A stretch of DNA of 64,000 bases from Podarcis tiliguerta (lineage: Eukaryota), in NCBI GenBank assembly GCA_965153285.1, contig OZ229115.1; one strand, given 5' to 3'. A program made the translations under genes and the position numbers. Below the pieces are notes generated by a model, which worked only from the letters and a program-made list of their open reading frames with translations, searched no databases and had not been told where the DNA came from. Positions 25,763-38,502 of this stretch are shown here, piece by piece. Position 1 is the first letter of the stretch; each line of letters starts with the position of its first letter.

Positions 25763-28700
25763 ATTGGCTATGAGCATTTTAACAGGAGCATATGCACACA
25801 CACACCTCCCATGACTTATTAAAATCTGATTACAGATTTCTCAAACTTCATTTTAAAAATATAGATTTTGCCCCACCCTGCTAAAGACTCTGATAATTGG
25901 CAAGAGTTTGGCCAAGAGAAATACATTGACTTACCAAGTGGAGTACCAAAGCAACCCCCCCCCCCCCGAAAATACTATGGCTTGCCCTATATAAGCCATA
26001 AAAGACACACCTTTCCTCTGCTGATTAAGAAACAAGAAATGCATGTTGCCCATATATGTAGTGAACTACATAAACATTGAAGTGTGGTGCTGTGCACATA
26101 TAATTGTAAAATCATTGCCCAGTTTCTTCCTTAGCCTACAATTGCTTCAAGTCTGTTCTGAACATATTATATCTGTCCCTGGTGGCTTCATGATACATCT
26201 GCCTTCAACTACTATAAAAGCTAACCACCATGGATGGAACTCTAATGCAAAGGAATACTTAAGGCAAGGCGAATCTCCAAGTATGTATTATTGTATTTTA
26301 AAAGATATATGTACATTCATGATACATAAAAGTATGTGCATGGTGTATTCACAATTTTGTACCCATACTCTCACATGATGCATAATCAGAAGCAGTTGCT
26401 CTGTGGTGAGTGGCAGCTGCAAAGAAACAGCAATGTCTGCTACCCCCAGTTATTCACTGAGCAAAATAATATTCACTAAGCAAAATAATAGTAACACCCA
26501 AGGAAACAGGAATAGTCCCCATAGGGAAAACAGCAGCCACCAAATTCAACTCATTAGGAATGGTAGAACTTCATTTCATCTGAGTTTATCAAAAGGCTAC
26601 AAACCTGACTGCCTTCAAAACACAGTGAGAAAGTAAGTACCCATGAATTTTCATGGAGCACACCACCAGCACAGTTGAATTACTTCCGACTTTGGTAATG
26701 CGCAAAAAGACAACAGCGCCTTTTGATGCATGGCAGAAGTTCAAACTCTGATATGATCTAAACTCCAACCATTCTGAACCTCTGCTACAGAAGCCGACAC
26801 TAAACCACTGGGGAGTGCATTAGAAACTGTTTAACATCCCTCCTCATTATTCAGGCTAAACAGTGAAAAACGTAGGATTTTTCTCAGATATCTTAATGGC
26901 AAACCTACATAGTGTCTTGCGGCGCACTGCAAAAGGAATCCCAGTGTGAATTCCAGTAGTCAGTCTGGTTGTACCAGTGTTAAACTAGAAATTGGTGACC
27001 AACACAACAGCGGCAATAGGAACACAGACGTGAATCTCACAGACAAGTATTCCAGTACAACACAATTTCAGTTCAATCAAAACACAAGCTGGCTCCTCAT
27101 CTAAAAGGGAAAGAAGAACATTCCACTTCAGCTCTGAACAACAGCCTTCCTTTAAGAGCAGATTAGACTGTAATCTCTTCCATGCCGTGTTCCAGCTGTG
27201 CAACATCCTCTGCCTCAAGGCTCAATATTCACATCTACCTAAGATGCAATCAAGACAATCTTCATTTTTCCATAAGGCAAAGCAGTGGCATCAGCATACA
27301 TGGCAACTGCAACACTTGACCCAGATAACAGAACTAAGTTGTAATAACAGAAATCTGAAGTGGAAAACACTTGAGTATATGAGTAAATTCTTTCAGAGAC
27401 TTTTGGGGGTTTTTTAACCTACAGTAAAACAATGAAATGCACTGATCAGGCATGGTTTCAAAATTGCAAAATGGCAGTAACAAATGAAGATATGTGATAA
27501 TGTATCATGTCAGAAAGAGAAGGCTGGCTTTCCATTCCTCCTCTCTGCTTCAGTAGGCCACCTTCAAGGAAGAGGAAGCAGTTGATGCCCTGAACCTGCT
27601 CAGACCAGGGTCTTCCTAGGCTAGGCAGGCTTGTAGCAATGGTGGCAGAACCCTCTGTGAGGCTTTTTCATGAAGGTAAAATAAACAAAAATACAACAGG
27701 TGCCACTGCCTCAAGTCCACATAGCATTTTCCCCTTTAACCTTTTTTTAATAATAATAAAAAACCCAGGCAAACAAAAAGCTAAGTATACTGTGCTAAGT
27801 ACAGCTATCTGCATAGCCACCTCAGGGACTTTCCCCTAATAATATACAATTACAAAAGTTGATTCAGCCTTGACAGACAGCACATCTGAACTCAGCCAGG
27901 ATTAGCCAAGTGCAACAAAACCCTGAATCTACTGCAGTCAATACAGAACAAGCACTATGTGGGATGCATGGTCTCTATAACATCCAATCAGTTCAAAATG
28001 CAAATTTTCAGGCGTTTCATTTGGGGCTGAAACAAAGAAAGATCCCATTAAAAGCAGGAGAAGGGGCACTCAGGCTCCCCCAGAAGATCATTCTGGTGGC
28101 TGTTTACTCTCTTTCAACCACTTCAAACCCCAATGCACAGTAGCATCACTAAACACCCTCCTGAGGGTTACATAATTGCAGTAATTATGCCAAGTATGAT
28201 ATTAAATAACACGATATTACCATCCCACTGGGAGACAATTCACACTTAACACAGCACTGCAGGTATATTAGTCCTTGACCACTCTTTGCTGTGAGAAACA
28301 GGGTAGGTTGTACCCACACTAAGTTAGTTGCACTTATGTCTCCACTGAAATCAAATGGAACTTAAGTCATGACCGACTTGCCCCATTAATTGCAATGGTG
28401 CCCAAGTTCAGTTAACTTAGCCAGGCTCCAACTTGTTGAAGCATGCTTTTCCATAGTGTGGAGAAGCCCATCACAGCTCCCTAGTACATGTTTAGTCTGT
28501 GTCCAAATGAATCACATATCTCCCATTTATGTGGCCAGTGAAATACTGATGTAATGTATGCATTGCATACTTCATTCAAAACAAACTCTTACAGTACAAC
28601 TGCTTATGTGAAGGAAGTCCCTATTGCTTTCAATAAGACTCACTTTCACATATCAACACCTAGAACTGCAGTCTTAGGTAGCAAAATTTCACATATTTTA

Positions 28701-29918
28701 TTTATCGATTCCCTATAAAATGTTTATACTGCTTAAAATAAATCTAAGCATATAAGTGCATAAGATAATTTTAAAATGCAACAATGAACGATAGTGGAAG
28801 TGATAGGAGACTGCATGGCCTGGCAGTCCTATTCTCTGTAGGTTTATTCAGAAGTAGTTTCTAATGAGTTCAACAGGACTTACTCCAAAGTAAGAATGCA
28901 CAGGGTTGCTGGGATCAATATTATCCCTCTTTTTTCTCACCACTGCATCTGAACTGCACATTTTAGGGAAAGAGTTGGTCCCTTTCATATACTATTAGTC
29001 CAGATTTTCATTGTAAGTCGTACTCAGAAAATAAAATGTTTTCCAAACCCCCGTGCAATTGCAAAAACAGAAGAGCAGTGAGAAACAAATCTGCAAACAT
29101 GGGCATCTACTTTTAATTTGCTTCATTGGGCAATAAATATGAAGTCCAGCCGTCACTCAAAAGTTTAATTTATCTAGGCAGTTGGCACGATGACAACATT
29201 TCAAGCTCCCTCCTGGGAAAGCCTCACTGGAAACTAGAGCTAAAACCTCAAGCCCCAGGCAAGCTAGGACACTACAGAGATGATGCGTTGTGGGAATGAT
29301 GCCAGATGTCTCACTTTCTCAGCATTGCCACTGGCAGGTTGACAGAGCAGTGCTGGTGTCACCTCTAGGAAATGGGAAACATCACAAAATCTAGTCCACA
29401 GGGAGATGTCTCAGTAACAGAACACAGGCACATCCCATCTAGAGGCAAACTGACATCACCGAGCAACATTCCAATACCTGTAAAGCAAAACAGAAAAAAA
29501 AGGGGAAGGGGGAGGCTGACCTTCAACGAATAGCAAACTGCATTATTAGAGCAGAAGGGGGAAAGGGTTAACAGCCTTATCTTAGGCCACCAGAAAACAA
29601 AAATACACAATACCCAGGTTTCCTGCTTTCTAATCCAGTGCCCTATTTATACCACTCTTTTCACAATGCCAATGACAGCTTTTTCCTGGCTAAAGGCATA
29701 CTTCCTGCTTCTTGAATAGTGATTTCTCACGTTCTGCTCATTTATGATGCCTTCTACATTTTTTCCTTCAAACTATTGGATAGTCTTTTAGCCATATTAT
29801 ATGTTATTTAAGCTGCAAAGAAAGGGGAGGAAACGAAATAGCTGAAAACAATGGAAAATCAGAAAGCTTCAGCCCTTTGTCAGAATACCCACATTTATCT
29901 ATGCCTAATAAAAGCAAT

Positions 29919-30197
29919 CAGCCCTGAGTGCTCGCTGGAAGGACAGAAGCTGAGGCTCCAATACTTTGGCCACCTCATGAGAAGAGAAGACTCCCTGGAA
30001 AACACCCTGATGTTGGGAAAGATTGAGGGCACTAGGAGAAGGGGACGACAGAGGACGAGATGGTTGAACAGTGTTTTCAAAGCTACGAACATGAGTTTGA
30101 CCAAGTTGCGGGAGGCAGAGGAAGACAGGAGGGCCTGGAGTGCTCTGGTCCATGGAGTCACGAAGAGTCGGACACGACTAAATGACTAAACAACAAC
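29919..30197 (+). mobile_element. BovB (RTE-clade LINE), 5'-truncated copy
   Basis: Encodes the C-terminus SPECSLEGQKLRLQYFGHLMRREDSLENTLMLGKIEGTRRRGRQRTRW; (CAA)n tail; 12-bp TSD aataaaagcaat (29907-29918 / 30198-30209). Confidence 0.95.
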
Positions 30198-30279
30198 AAT
30201 AAAAGCAATGACATTTTACTCACTGGCAAATTATAGATCAGTCTTTCAGAATGAAAAGATTCCTAATAAACAAATACAT

Positions 30280-30849
30280 GTTGTTGTTGTTGTTTAGTCG
30301 TTCAGTCGTGTCCGACTCTTCGTGGCCCCATGGACCAGAGCACGCCAGGCACTCCTGTCTTCTACTGCCACCCGCAGTTTGGTCAGATTCATGTTTGTAG
30401 CTTCGAGAACACTGTCTAACCATCTCGTCCTCTGTCGTCCCCTTCTCCTTGTGCCCTCCATCTTTCCCAACATCAGGGTCTTTTCCAGTGAGTCTTCTCT
30501 TCTCATGAGGTGGCCAAAGTATTGGAGCCTCAGCTTCACGATCTGTCCTTCCAGTGAGCACTCAGGGCTGATTTCCTTAAGAATGGATGCATTTGATCTT
30601 CTTGCAGTCCATGGGACTCTCAAGAGTTTCCTCCAGCACCATAATTCAAAAGCGTCAATTCTTCGGCGATCAGCCTTCTTTATGGTCCAGCTCTGACTTC
30701 CATACATCACTACTGGGAAAACCATAGCTTTTACTATACGGACCTTTGTTGGCAAGGTGATGTCTCTACTTTTCAAAATGCTGTCTAGGTTTGTCATTGC
30801 TTTCCTCCCAAGAAGCGGGCGTCTCTTAATTTCGTGGCTGCTGTCACGA
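30280..30849 (-). mobile_element. BovB (RTE-clade LINE), 5'-truncated copy with an uninterrupted C-terminal reading frame
   Basis: DSSHEIKRR...KSRDITLPTKVRIVKAMVFPVVMYGSQSWTIKKADRRRIDAFELWCWRKLLRVPWTARRSN...; (CAA)n tail; TSD aaatacat (30272-30279 / 30850-30857). Confidence 0.95.
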
Positions 30850-30930
30850 AAATACATATACATAAAATACAAAAAAATACAAATACAAATACAATACATA
30901 AAACTTACAAATACAAATACAAATACATAA
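30850..30930. repeat. Degenerate (AAATAC)n simple repeat
   Basis: aaatacaaatacaaatac... directly adjoining the 5' truncation point of the BovB copy. Confidence 0.8.
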
Positions 30931-31146
30931 AACTTGCCTATTCTGCAAAGTTTGAGACCTTCAGAAGTCACAATCTGTAGTCAAACAACACAGTCAGTTA
31001 CATAGTCTACTATAAGTCTCACCAGTAATGGCATATTTGCTATTTTGGATCCTGATCTGCAATGTTAATCCTTCCGCCTAGGGTTTCCCAAAGTGGTCAC
31101 TATTAACCCTGGGGGTTGGTGGGACTATGCAGTGGGTGGATAAATA

Positions 31147-31509
31147 AAGGTAAAGGTAAAGGTACCCCTGCCCGTCAGGGCCAGTCGTGACCGACTCTAG
31201 GGTTGCGCGCTCATCTCGCTCAAGAGGCCGGGAGCCGGTGCTGTCCGAAGACACTTCCGGGTCACGTGGCCAGCGTGACAAGCTACATCTGGCGAGCCAG
31301 CGCAGCACACGGAACGCCGTTTACCTTCCCGCTGGTAAGCAGTCCCTATTTATCTACTTGCACCCGGGGGTGCTTTCGAACTGCTAGGTGTGCAGGAGCT
31401 GGGACCGAATGACGGGAGCTCACCCCGCCGCGGGGATTCGAATCGCCGACCTTACGATCAGCTAGTCCTAGGCGCTGAGGTTTTACCCACAGTGCCACCC
31501 TCGTCCCTC
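31147..31509 (-). mobile_element. Sauria SINE, full length (subfamily B)
   Basis: tRNA-like head at the right end, (ACCTTT)3 tail at the left; TSD tggataaata (31137-31146 / 31510-31519). Confidence 0.92.
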
Positions 31510-33959
31510 TGGATAAATACCTGGGGGTTAAAAAAGGCCCAGGGGGCAGAAAAGAAATTTATGAGGAACGATAATCCTCAGAAATAAACAGCATGGGCGT
31601 GTACCTCCCTTACCATTTGGGATGGAAATGAAAAATCTAAATAGTGTATTTAACAAACCACATCTTGCTTAAGCTGGATATTATACCCTCTTCCTTAAGC
31701 ACATTTATATAATTTATATAATTGGACTTGCTTCTGGGAACACATGGTTAGGGTTGTGCCATGAATACACTTAGGATTGCTCCATTAATTTATTTTCCTA
31801 TATTTTTATTCAGTGCTTTTTTTTTTTTATTCCTGCACCTATTTTTCTAGAAAAAACACTGTTTTTATTTATTATAAAAAGAAAGGAGCCAGGTGATTTT
31901 CACACACAGAGAGGATCCGGTAGAAAATAAAAGAATAAATAAGCTGTTCTTCCTATATCTTGCACGGTCCTGAGAAAGCTATAGCTGCATGGCATTTGAG
32001 GCTGGGAAAGAATTCCACCTTTGCTTGCATCAAAATTTGTAGTACTAGGATGTTTCCCGTACCTTTACCTTGAATACAGACGCATGAATGAATTCTTTTG
32101 CAAAGACCTTCTTCCATCATATGCCAAATCTTGAAGCTACTTTCATTCTATGCTGAGAATCTTAAGAATGGGAGGAAATGTCCATAAAGGATATTAAGCA
32201 TTCAGAATATTAGATATGAAGTGCTGCCTCCTACTGTGGCCAGGCCATTTGTCTATCTAGCCAATAATTTCTATTGAAACTCAGCCAACATTTCCAAGGA
32301 GGGGGATTCTGAGATTTCTCCCCACCCCCCAGCCTTAGATAAAGCAGCATTTTTCCAAATATTTGCCACTGGCAGCAAAATAAAGACACATGTACACACA
32401 CACACACACACACACACACACTTTAGGGGAAAAGAAAGAAGCTGCACCACTGCCATTGGTGATGGTGAGCACCCCCCCCCCAAAAAAAAAAACCTGCTGG
32501 GATAATTTCTCCCCTCTGCAAACTACTGTAATTCAGTGAAATAGTCATTCCAATTTCTCTGCTCACAAATCGGGTGTGGAGTTTTGCCTTTCTCATGCCT
32601 TTTGCATCCAGCCTTACTTTCCACTCTGCCTTGGAACAGCTTTCTGGGGTCCGGACAGAAGTTCCTCTCTGTTCCACTACCCAAAATCCTTTAAGCGTAG
32701 ATGCCAGGGTTTGAACATGAAGTCTTAAACATGCAAATCATGTGGCCTATTGCTAAGCTATTGTTAGACCTCACTGCACAATAAGGTCTGCTACAGAAAC
32801 CTTTGTTGGCACCCTCAAAACTCTCCTCCTGCATGAACTTAAGAACTCCTGCCGGGGTGTGCTTAAGCGATTTACGTTAAACCTGTATTTCAAACACTCT
32901 ACGCCGTTCACTTTTATAACGCTTCAGCATATGCCAACGCTAGCAGAGTTAATAGTAACAGACTAATTTTAAACCCTATGATTACTGGGGCTGATTTATA
33001 TAGTAGCTTCACTTCACAATACTGTGAATCATGCCATGTGGTAATTGCCAAGTCCAATTTTAGTTCTGTCATACTGAAGCCTTGGTTTTTATGCCTCAGC
33101 TGCTGCCTCTTCTATTCTACAGAGCTAAGTTGATAATGCAATGGGTTTCTGCAGCTTAATATCAAAATATTATGATACCCAGTGTCAGAGCCTTGCAAGT
33201 TATGAGTCATCTGTGAACTAAACACTTTATAAAATAAGACACATGATTGAAAAGCTATTTAATGTTTCAGTTTGCTTTCCCTGTAGATGGCACACTTTAA
33301 AAAATTTTAATTTAGCACTTAAGTAATGTACAGAATTGATCTGCTTAACAGTGCCGCAATACAGTCACACAGATTCATCAAGGCAGTGCCGCAAAAGGTA
33401 TGGAATCAACAAGGTTGTTAAAACAAAATATTTCAGGTCTCTTGTAAGAGGCAGGTACAAGCTAATTGTCAAAAAGCAAATTATTCGGTCTTTCGCAGAT
33501 TTATAAGATTTTAAGGTAGCTTAGCACGATGCATGGAAAATAACTAAAAGTATTTCCCCTCCAATGTATGCTTTTGCATAAATAGGTCTACAGCCATGAA
33601 AAAGTAATGGAGGCCTTGCTAAAAAAAGAAATAGGTTGTTGAGATGCACTGCAAGACCTATTCCACCCAGTGCACCATGGGTTCAGCAGAAGCTGTGGGC
33701 CCTTTGGTTGCCCATAATTTCTTTCTTTCTCCCTCCTGAGTTGCTCTGTTGTCCCCATTCAGGAACCTTCTGAGCTTCTCCTTTCTCAAACAAAAGGAGG
33801 GCCAGCTTCACACATGAGATTAAGTTTCCTTCTGCCCATCAACCTTTGTGTGGGAAGGAGAAGTAAAGACAACAGATGAAATGATGGGCGACAGAGGAGA
33901 GATGTAATACAAGCCTGTGTCTTCTTCTGCAGATTTTCCATTAGTTAAAATGGCTGGCT

Positions 33960-34075
33960 TGATTCTAATATTAATATTCTTTCTAATATTTTAATTTGTT
34001 TGTAATGTTGTATTTTAAATGGCTGTAACCCATCCTGGAACCTTAGGGTGAAGGGTGGGTAATTAATAAGTACAA
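33960..34075 (+). mobile_element. L2-type 3' tail
   Basis: T-rich UTR followed by ctgtaaccatcctggaaccttagggtgaagggtgggtaattaataa. Confidence 0.55.
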
Positions 34076-34789
34076 TACTAATAGTATCAACAACATTTGC
34101 CCCATTGTGTACCACAGTCGAAACCCTTGCCTAGGACCAAAACCATGAATTATAGTTCTTCTGCACCATATTCATGTTTGGGGCAGCTAGATGGATACAA
34201 AACAATCTCCAGAAAGCAACACAAGAGAGGCTTATTAGATTATGCATTACAGTTGTTTACATTCCTATGGTGGCTCACACTACATACATTTCAGTAATGA
34301 AGCCAAATGCATGAATGTGTGGGTTCTTGTTTCATTGTTTTAACATATCAACATCAGTTTCCTACTTCACTGCTCATGGTTACAAATAATGTATGGGCAA
34401 AGAAATCCAGGCTATTTGTTTATTTTACTTGATAAGCAACTTTAAAGATATCCTTTTAGAGGTATCAGATGATGGCTATAAGTTAAAAATCAGGCTAAGG
34501 CAAAGGAAACAAAGGTTCAAGCATCCATGCGGTTTGCTTTGGCTTTGGGGAAGGAATTACTGCCTGTATATGAGTCATGCTTTGAGCACTGAGTTGGTGC
34601 CTGCATCAGAGTTTGGCCAGATTTTAAGAGTCTGGAGTTTGGAGCGATGCAGCAGTCTTGTGACCTTTGTACTTGCAGCCAATTTACATCTCCTGGCTGC
34701 AGGTGCAGTAGAGACACAGCTGCTACTACAATTGTTTTAACTCTTTTTAATTTGTGCGGGGTCTGTTGTTTGGTTTTATTGAGGGAGAG

Positions 34790-35400
34790 GAGAAGTGTCT
34801 GGGAGAAGAGCAGGGGTGCTCAATCACAGTGGTTCAGGATATAGGGAGTCGGGTAGTCAGTGACTGTGTCATGTGCAATTCCTCTAACCTGGGGAATTGT
34901 GGTTGTCCTATCAGCCAGCCCTTTGGGACTGCAGTTGTTGTTGCTGAATGCCAGGTGGGCTCCCAGTAAGACCTCCCTCATCCATTATCCGGTGATGGAG
35001 GAGGAAGGCAATCTGGTCTATATCACTGAGACCTGGCTGGGTGAGCAGGTGGAGTTGGTCTCATCCACCTGTGTCAACCTGGGTACTCAGTGCAGCATCA
35101 GGAAAACCTGAAGGTAGGAGAAAGGGAGTTGCTGTAGAAATTTACTTTCTCTCTGTTTCTGGAATGCTCTCCGTAGGAAGGCTCACCTGGAGCCTTCATT
35201 GCATATATTTAGGCACCAAGCAAAAACATTCCTTTTGAACCTTTGGCTAAATAAACAATCTATGGCCTTTTAAACTATATTTATGGGGTATTTTTGTTTG
35301 TTTGCTTGTTATTATGGTATGTATTTTTGTGTTTTTATATTGTAAACCACCCTGTGATCTTTGGATGAAGGGTAATATAGAAATTTAGTAAATAATAACA
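34790..35400 (+). mobile_element. Decayed L2 LINE: endonuclease N-terminus joined to the ORF2 C-terminus and 3' tail
   Basis: LQLLLLNAR..SKTSLIH..MEEEGNLVYITETWLGE is APE motif I/II; PGYSVQHQ..PEGRRKGVAV follows; then a frameshifted WNAL..AHLEPSLHIFRHQAKTFL C-terminus and the tail ttgtaaaccaccctgtgatc...gaagggtaatatagaaat. The 5' boundary is uncertain. Confidence 0.7.
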
Positions 35401-37299
35401 ATGCTAATGATTTTACCCCACCCTCCCCCCAAAAAAGCAGAGTGCCTGAATCATTCATTTATCAGAATAAAAATGCTGTAAAGGGATCAAATTTAAAAAT
35501 CAGGTAAAATAGCAGCTTCAGGGGGTGATTTTAAGGAGAACAGCACAGGAAGAAAGAAAGTAGAGGCCCCTAGGGCTGCTTTTGTTAAGACAGAAATATG
35601 TCCAGTCCCAAGCACGGAATTCAAAAACATAAATTAAAATTGCATCTGGCTTGGACTATAAATTAAAAGCTACCACAAGGCGATTTAAGAAATGTTTATT
35701 AGACCATATGATTGCATGCTTAACGGTTAGCGCAGCCAAATAGGCTTTTTACTCATACTCAGTTCATCTTCTTGTGACGCTGGTTCCCCATTAATTTAGC
35801 ATCAGAAACAAGTCTGAAAATCTTTTGTGCTCAACTTTGTGAGCACCTCATATTTGCAGTTACTCACAGAAGTGTCTCCCCAAAAGCTATTTGGGCGATT
35901 GCACAAATTTACAGCATAAGCAGCTGTCAGATAGTAAATATTCGAGGCACACAAAATTTGCCCACTGCACCATTTTGTGGAAATCTTTGTTTCTCCAAAA
36001 CTAAAGTGACAAAGAGTCCATGGCAAAATGTAATGATGTGAAGTCCAAACTTGGAAGGTCCTTCCCAGGAGACCACTGCATCCATATACAAAGGGGGTAA
36101 CAGGAAAAGCAGGAAAGGCTGCAGGCTTCCCTGCAGACATACCTGGTTAATTCTGGGTATGCATGAAAATGCATCTACACTAAGGAGCATATAATATACC
36201 ACCTTCCATTGCTGAGTGAGTGGGGAATGTGATGAGGAACAGAGTGTGGAAACCAGAAAGGACAAAAAAATTCCACTTGGCCTCTAGAGATCTGCTTTTA
36301 ATGTTAATCCTAACCAAACTGTCAGTTCCTAGCATTATGTTTGATGGGGTTTTGTATTTGCTCCAGAGAACAAATGAGCTCTGCACTCAAATAATAATAA
36401 TAATAACAACCCAAAGTGCATTAAAGCAAGATTCACTAGTAGGGAGAATTACAATGCCATTATTTTTCTTGCCTCAGATTATTAATATTAACAAGCAGAT
36501 ATAATGGCTATACTCATTATAAAGGAAACAACACCAGTGACAAAAGTGAATAATAAATATACTCCCAAAGACCATTTCCAGCTCCCCTTCTGCAAGAGAG
36601 TATATCTATTTGCAAAGGATTTTAATAACAGCAATACCAATTCCAAAGACTACCTGTAAAAGATCTCCACAGCAAACTATGCTTAATTCCAAACTGCCTT
36701 TTCCATGTTCTAGGAAAGACAAATTATAATGACCGTCTAAAAATAGCATTATTTATAAATTATACAGCAAGAAGTGCTTTAAAAGAACATTCATATTCTG
36801 CCTTGAAAAATCACGAAGCTTCTCATTCTTTTTCCAAGTTGAAATCATTTTGGCCAGATTCTGATCACAATCACAAACTAAGGAGCTTTTTTATTTCCAT
36901 ATATTATAAAAAGATACTTTGTAATGGACATGTAGTTTTGTATAACTTTGAATATGTGTGTGTTATTTTTAAAAATCACAAACATCCACCTAGTGCAACT
37001 TGAATAGAACCTGTAACTCCATTGTGACATAACCTTCCCATTTAAATCCAGTGTTCAGAAACCCTAGAAATCGAAGCAATCAAGTTTAATCCTAGTTTTC
37101 AACACTTGTAAATTCACATTGCTTTCAGGATAACTGCACCTGATTCTAGCACTAATTAGCAGCTCTTTCTGTCATGGAAAATGTAATACATCAAAGGATA
37201 GAAAGCATGGAACACAATAGTAGTAGCCAACTTTTGCTGGAATCCTTTTAGCAAGTGTGTTGTAACTGACTTCAAAGTGGATCATACCACATGTAAACA

Positions 37300-37612
37300 T
37301 ATTGTACTGAGTCAGACAACATCTAGTCCAAAATCCTTCTGACTGGCAGAACAGTGGCGTAGCGTGGGGGTGCAGGGGGGGCCGGCCGCACCGAGCGCAA
37401 CATCTGGGGGGGGGGAGCTCGCACTCGCAGCTCTCTGCCCCTACTAAAATCCACGGGTTAGGGGACGCAAATTACTTGCCTTGCCCCGGGTGCTGACAAC
37501 CCACGCTACGCCACTGTGGCAGAGGTTCTCTAATAGGCCTTTTCCAGCACCGCAACCCACAATAATTTCAACTGGGAGATGCCAGAGTTTGGAACCTTTT
37601 GCAGGCAAAGAA
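37300..37612 (-). mobile_element. Old tRNA/CR1-tail SINE remnant hosting a MITE
   Basis: tactgagtcagac..catctagtcc..ctgactggcag [insert] ..ggagatgccaga..ggaaccttt; same family as the 44377-44718 host. Confidence 0.55.
37352..37516. mobile_element. Young hAT-type MITE (165 bp)
   Basis: Perfect 17-bp TIR cagtggcgtagcgtggg / cccacgctacgccactg; 8-bp TSD tggcagaa / tggcagag; CpGs retained. Confidence 0.9.
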
Positions 37613-38502
37613 CAACCATTTTCCTGATGCTTAAGACTGAAGGAATTTCAATAAGTGAAAAAGCATGAGAATCAATACTGCAAAATCCATCATTAAAAAC
37701 AATTTCGGCTCGCCTCCAGGAAATTTCCCTTAAAATTATCTTTTGGTGGCACTGGACCCCCACATGCCTTGCAAAGATAAATCCTTTAAGCTCACCATTA
37801 TGTTGGGGGGGAAGTGGAGAACTAGGTTTCTATATTCATGTTTGGTGGGAGTGTACCATGGTCCCCACCTTTTGAGGAAAAGTTTTTAATCTGACCTCCA
37901 AAATCACTAAACAATCTATCCCTCCTAATTTGGCACTTGCCTTATTATCATTAGATTAGACCCCAAATTCTACCCTTAAATCTAATAATTTATTTCCTTC
38001 CTTTTCACAGCAGCTTGACTAGTTATTGTCCAGTGATGGAAGGAAACTTCTAATATACCAATAGAGGCTTGGGTTAATAACAACTGGAACATTGCTCTAT
38101 CAGAACGCCTCACATACCATTGGTGACTAATCAAAGGCATCTCCAAAAAAGATACCTTTGACACGATCTGGTCTCCCTTTTTCTATTTTATTGAAAAAGA
38201 ACAGGATATTTTAATGCCAACATCATCATAGAGGTGTCTAACGAGAGGATATATTGATTGAAAATCTATTGTATAATCTAAAATTTATTAAAAGGGGTGG
38301 GGGAGAAACACTCAGCATCCAAAAATAGACCCAAAAGGGAATCAATCAACAACAAAAAGAAATTATTGTGTTATCAGAGAACTCTGCAGTTTGTTTCAAT
38401 TTTTCATTCTGACCCCTAAGAAGGCCTAAAATATACAAGCCTGAAATACATTACGCTTGTTTCTAAAAAAAATTTAAAAAAAATTAAAAGACACTGCACT
38501 CT

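Noticed and set aside
30294-30971. 225-aa ORF as a host gene
   Set aside because: It is the BovB ORF C-terminus extended by chance through an (AAATAC)n repeat; no RT or endonuclease domain is present.
37990-38330. Possible L1/Tx1 3' remnant (similar signal at ~47880-48200)
   Set aside because: Too decayed to assign or delimit without a library search.
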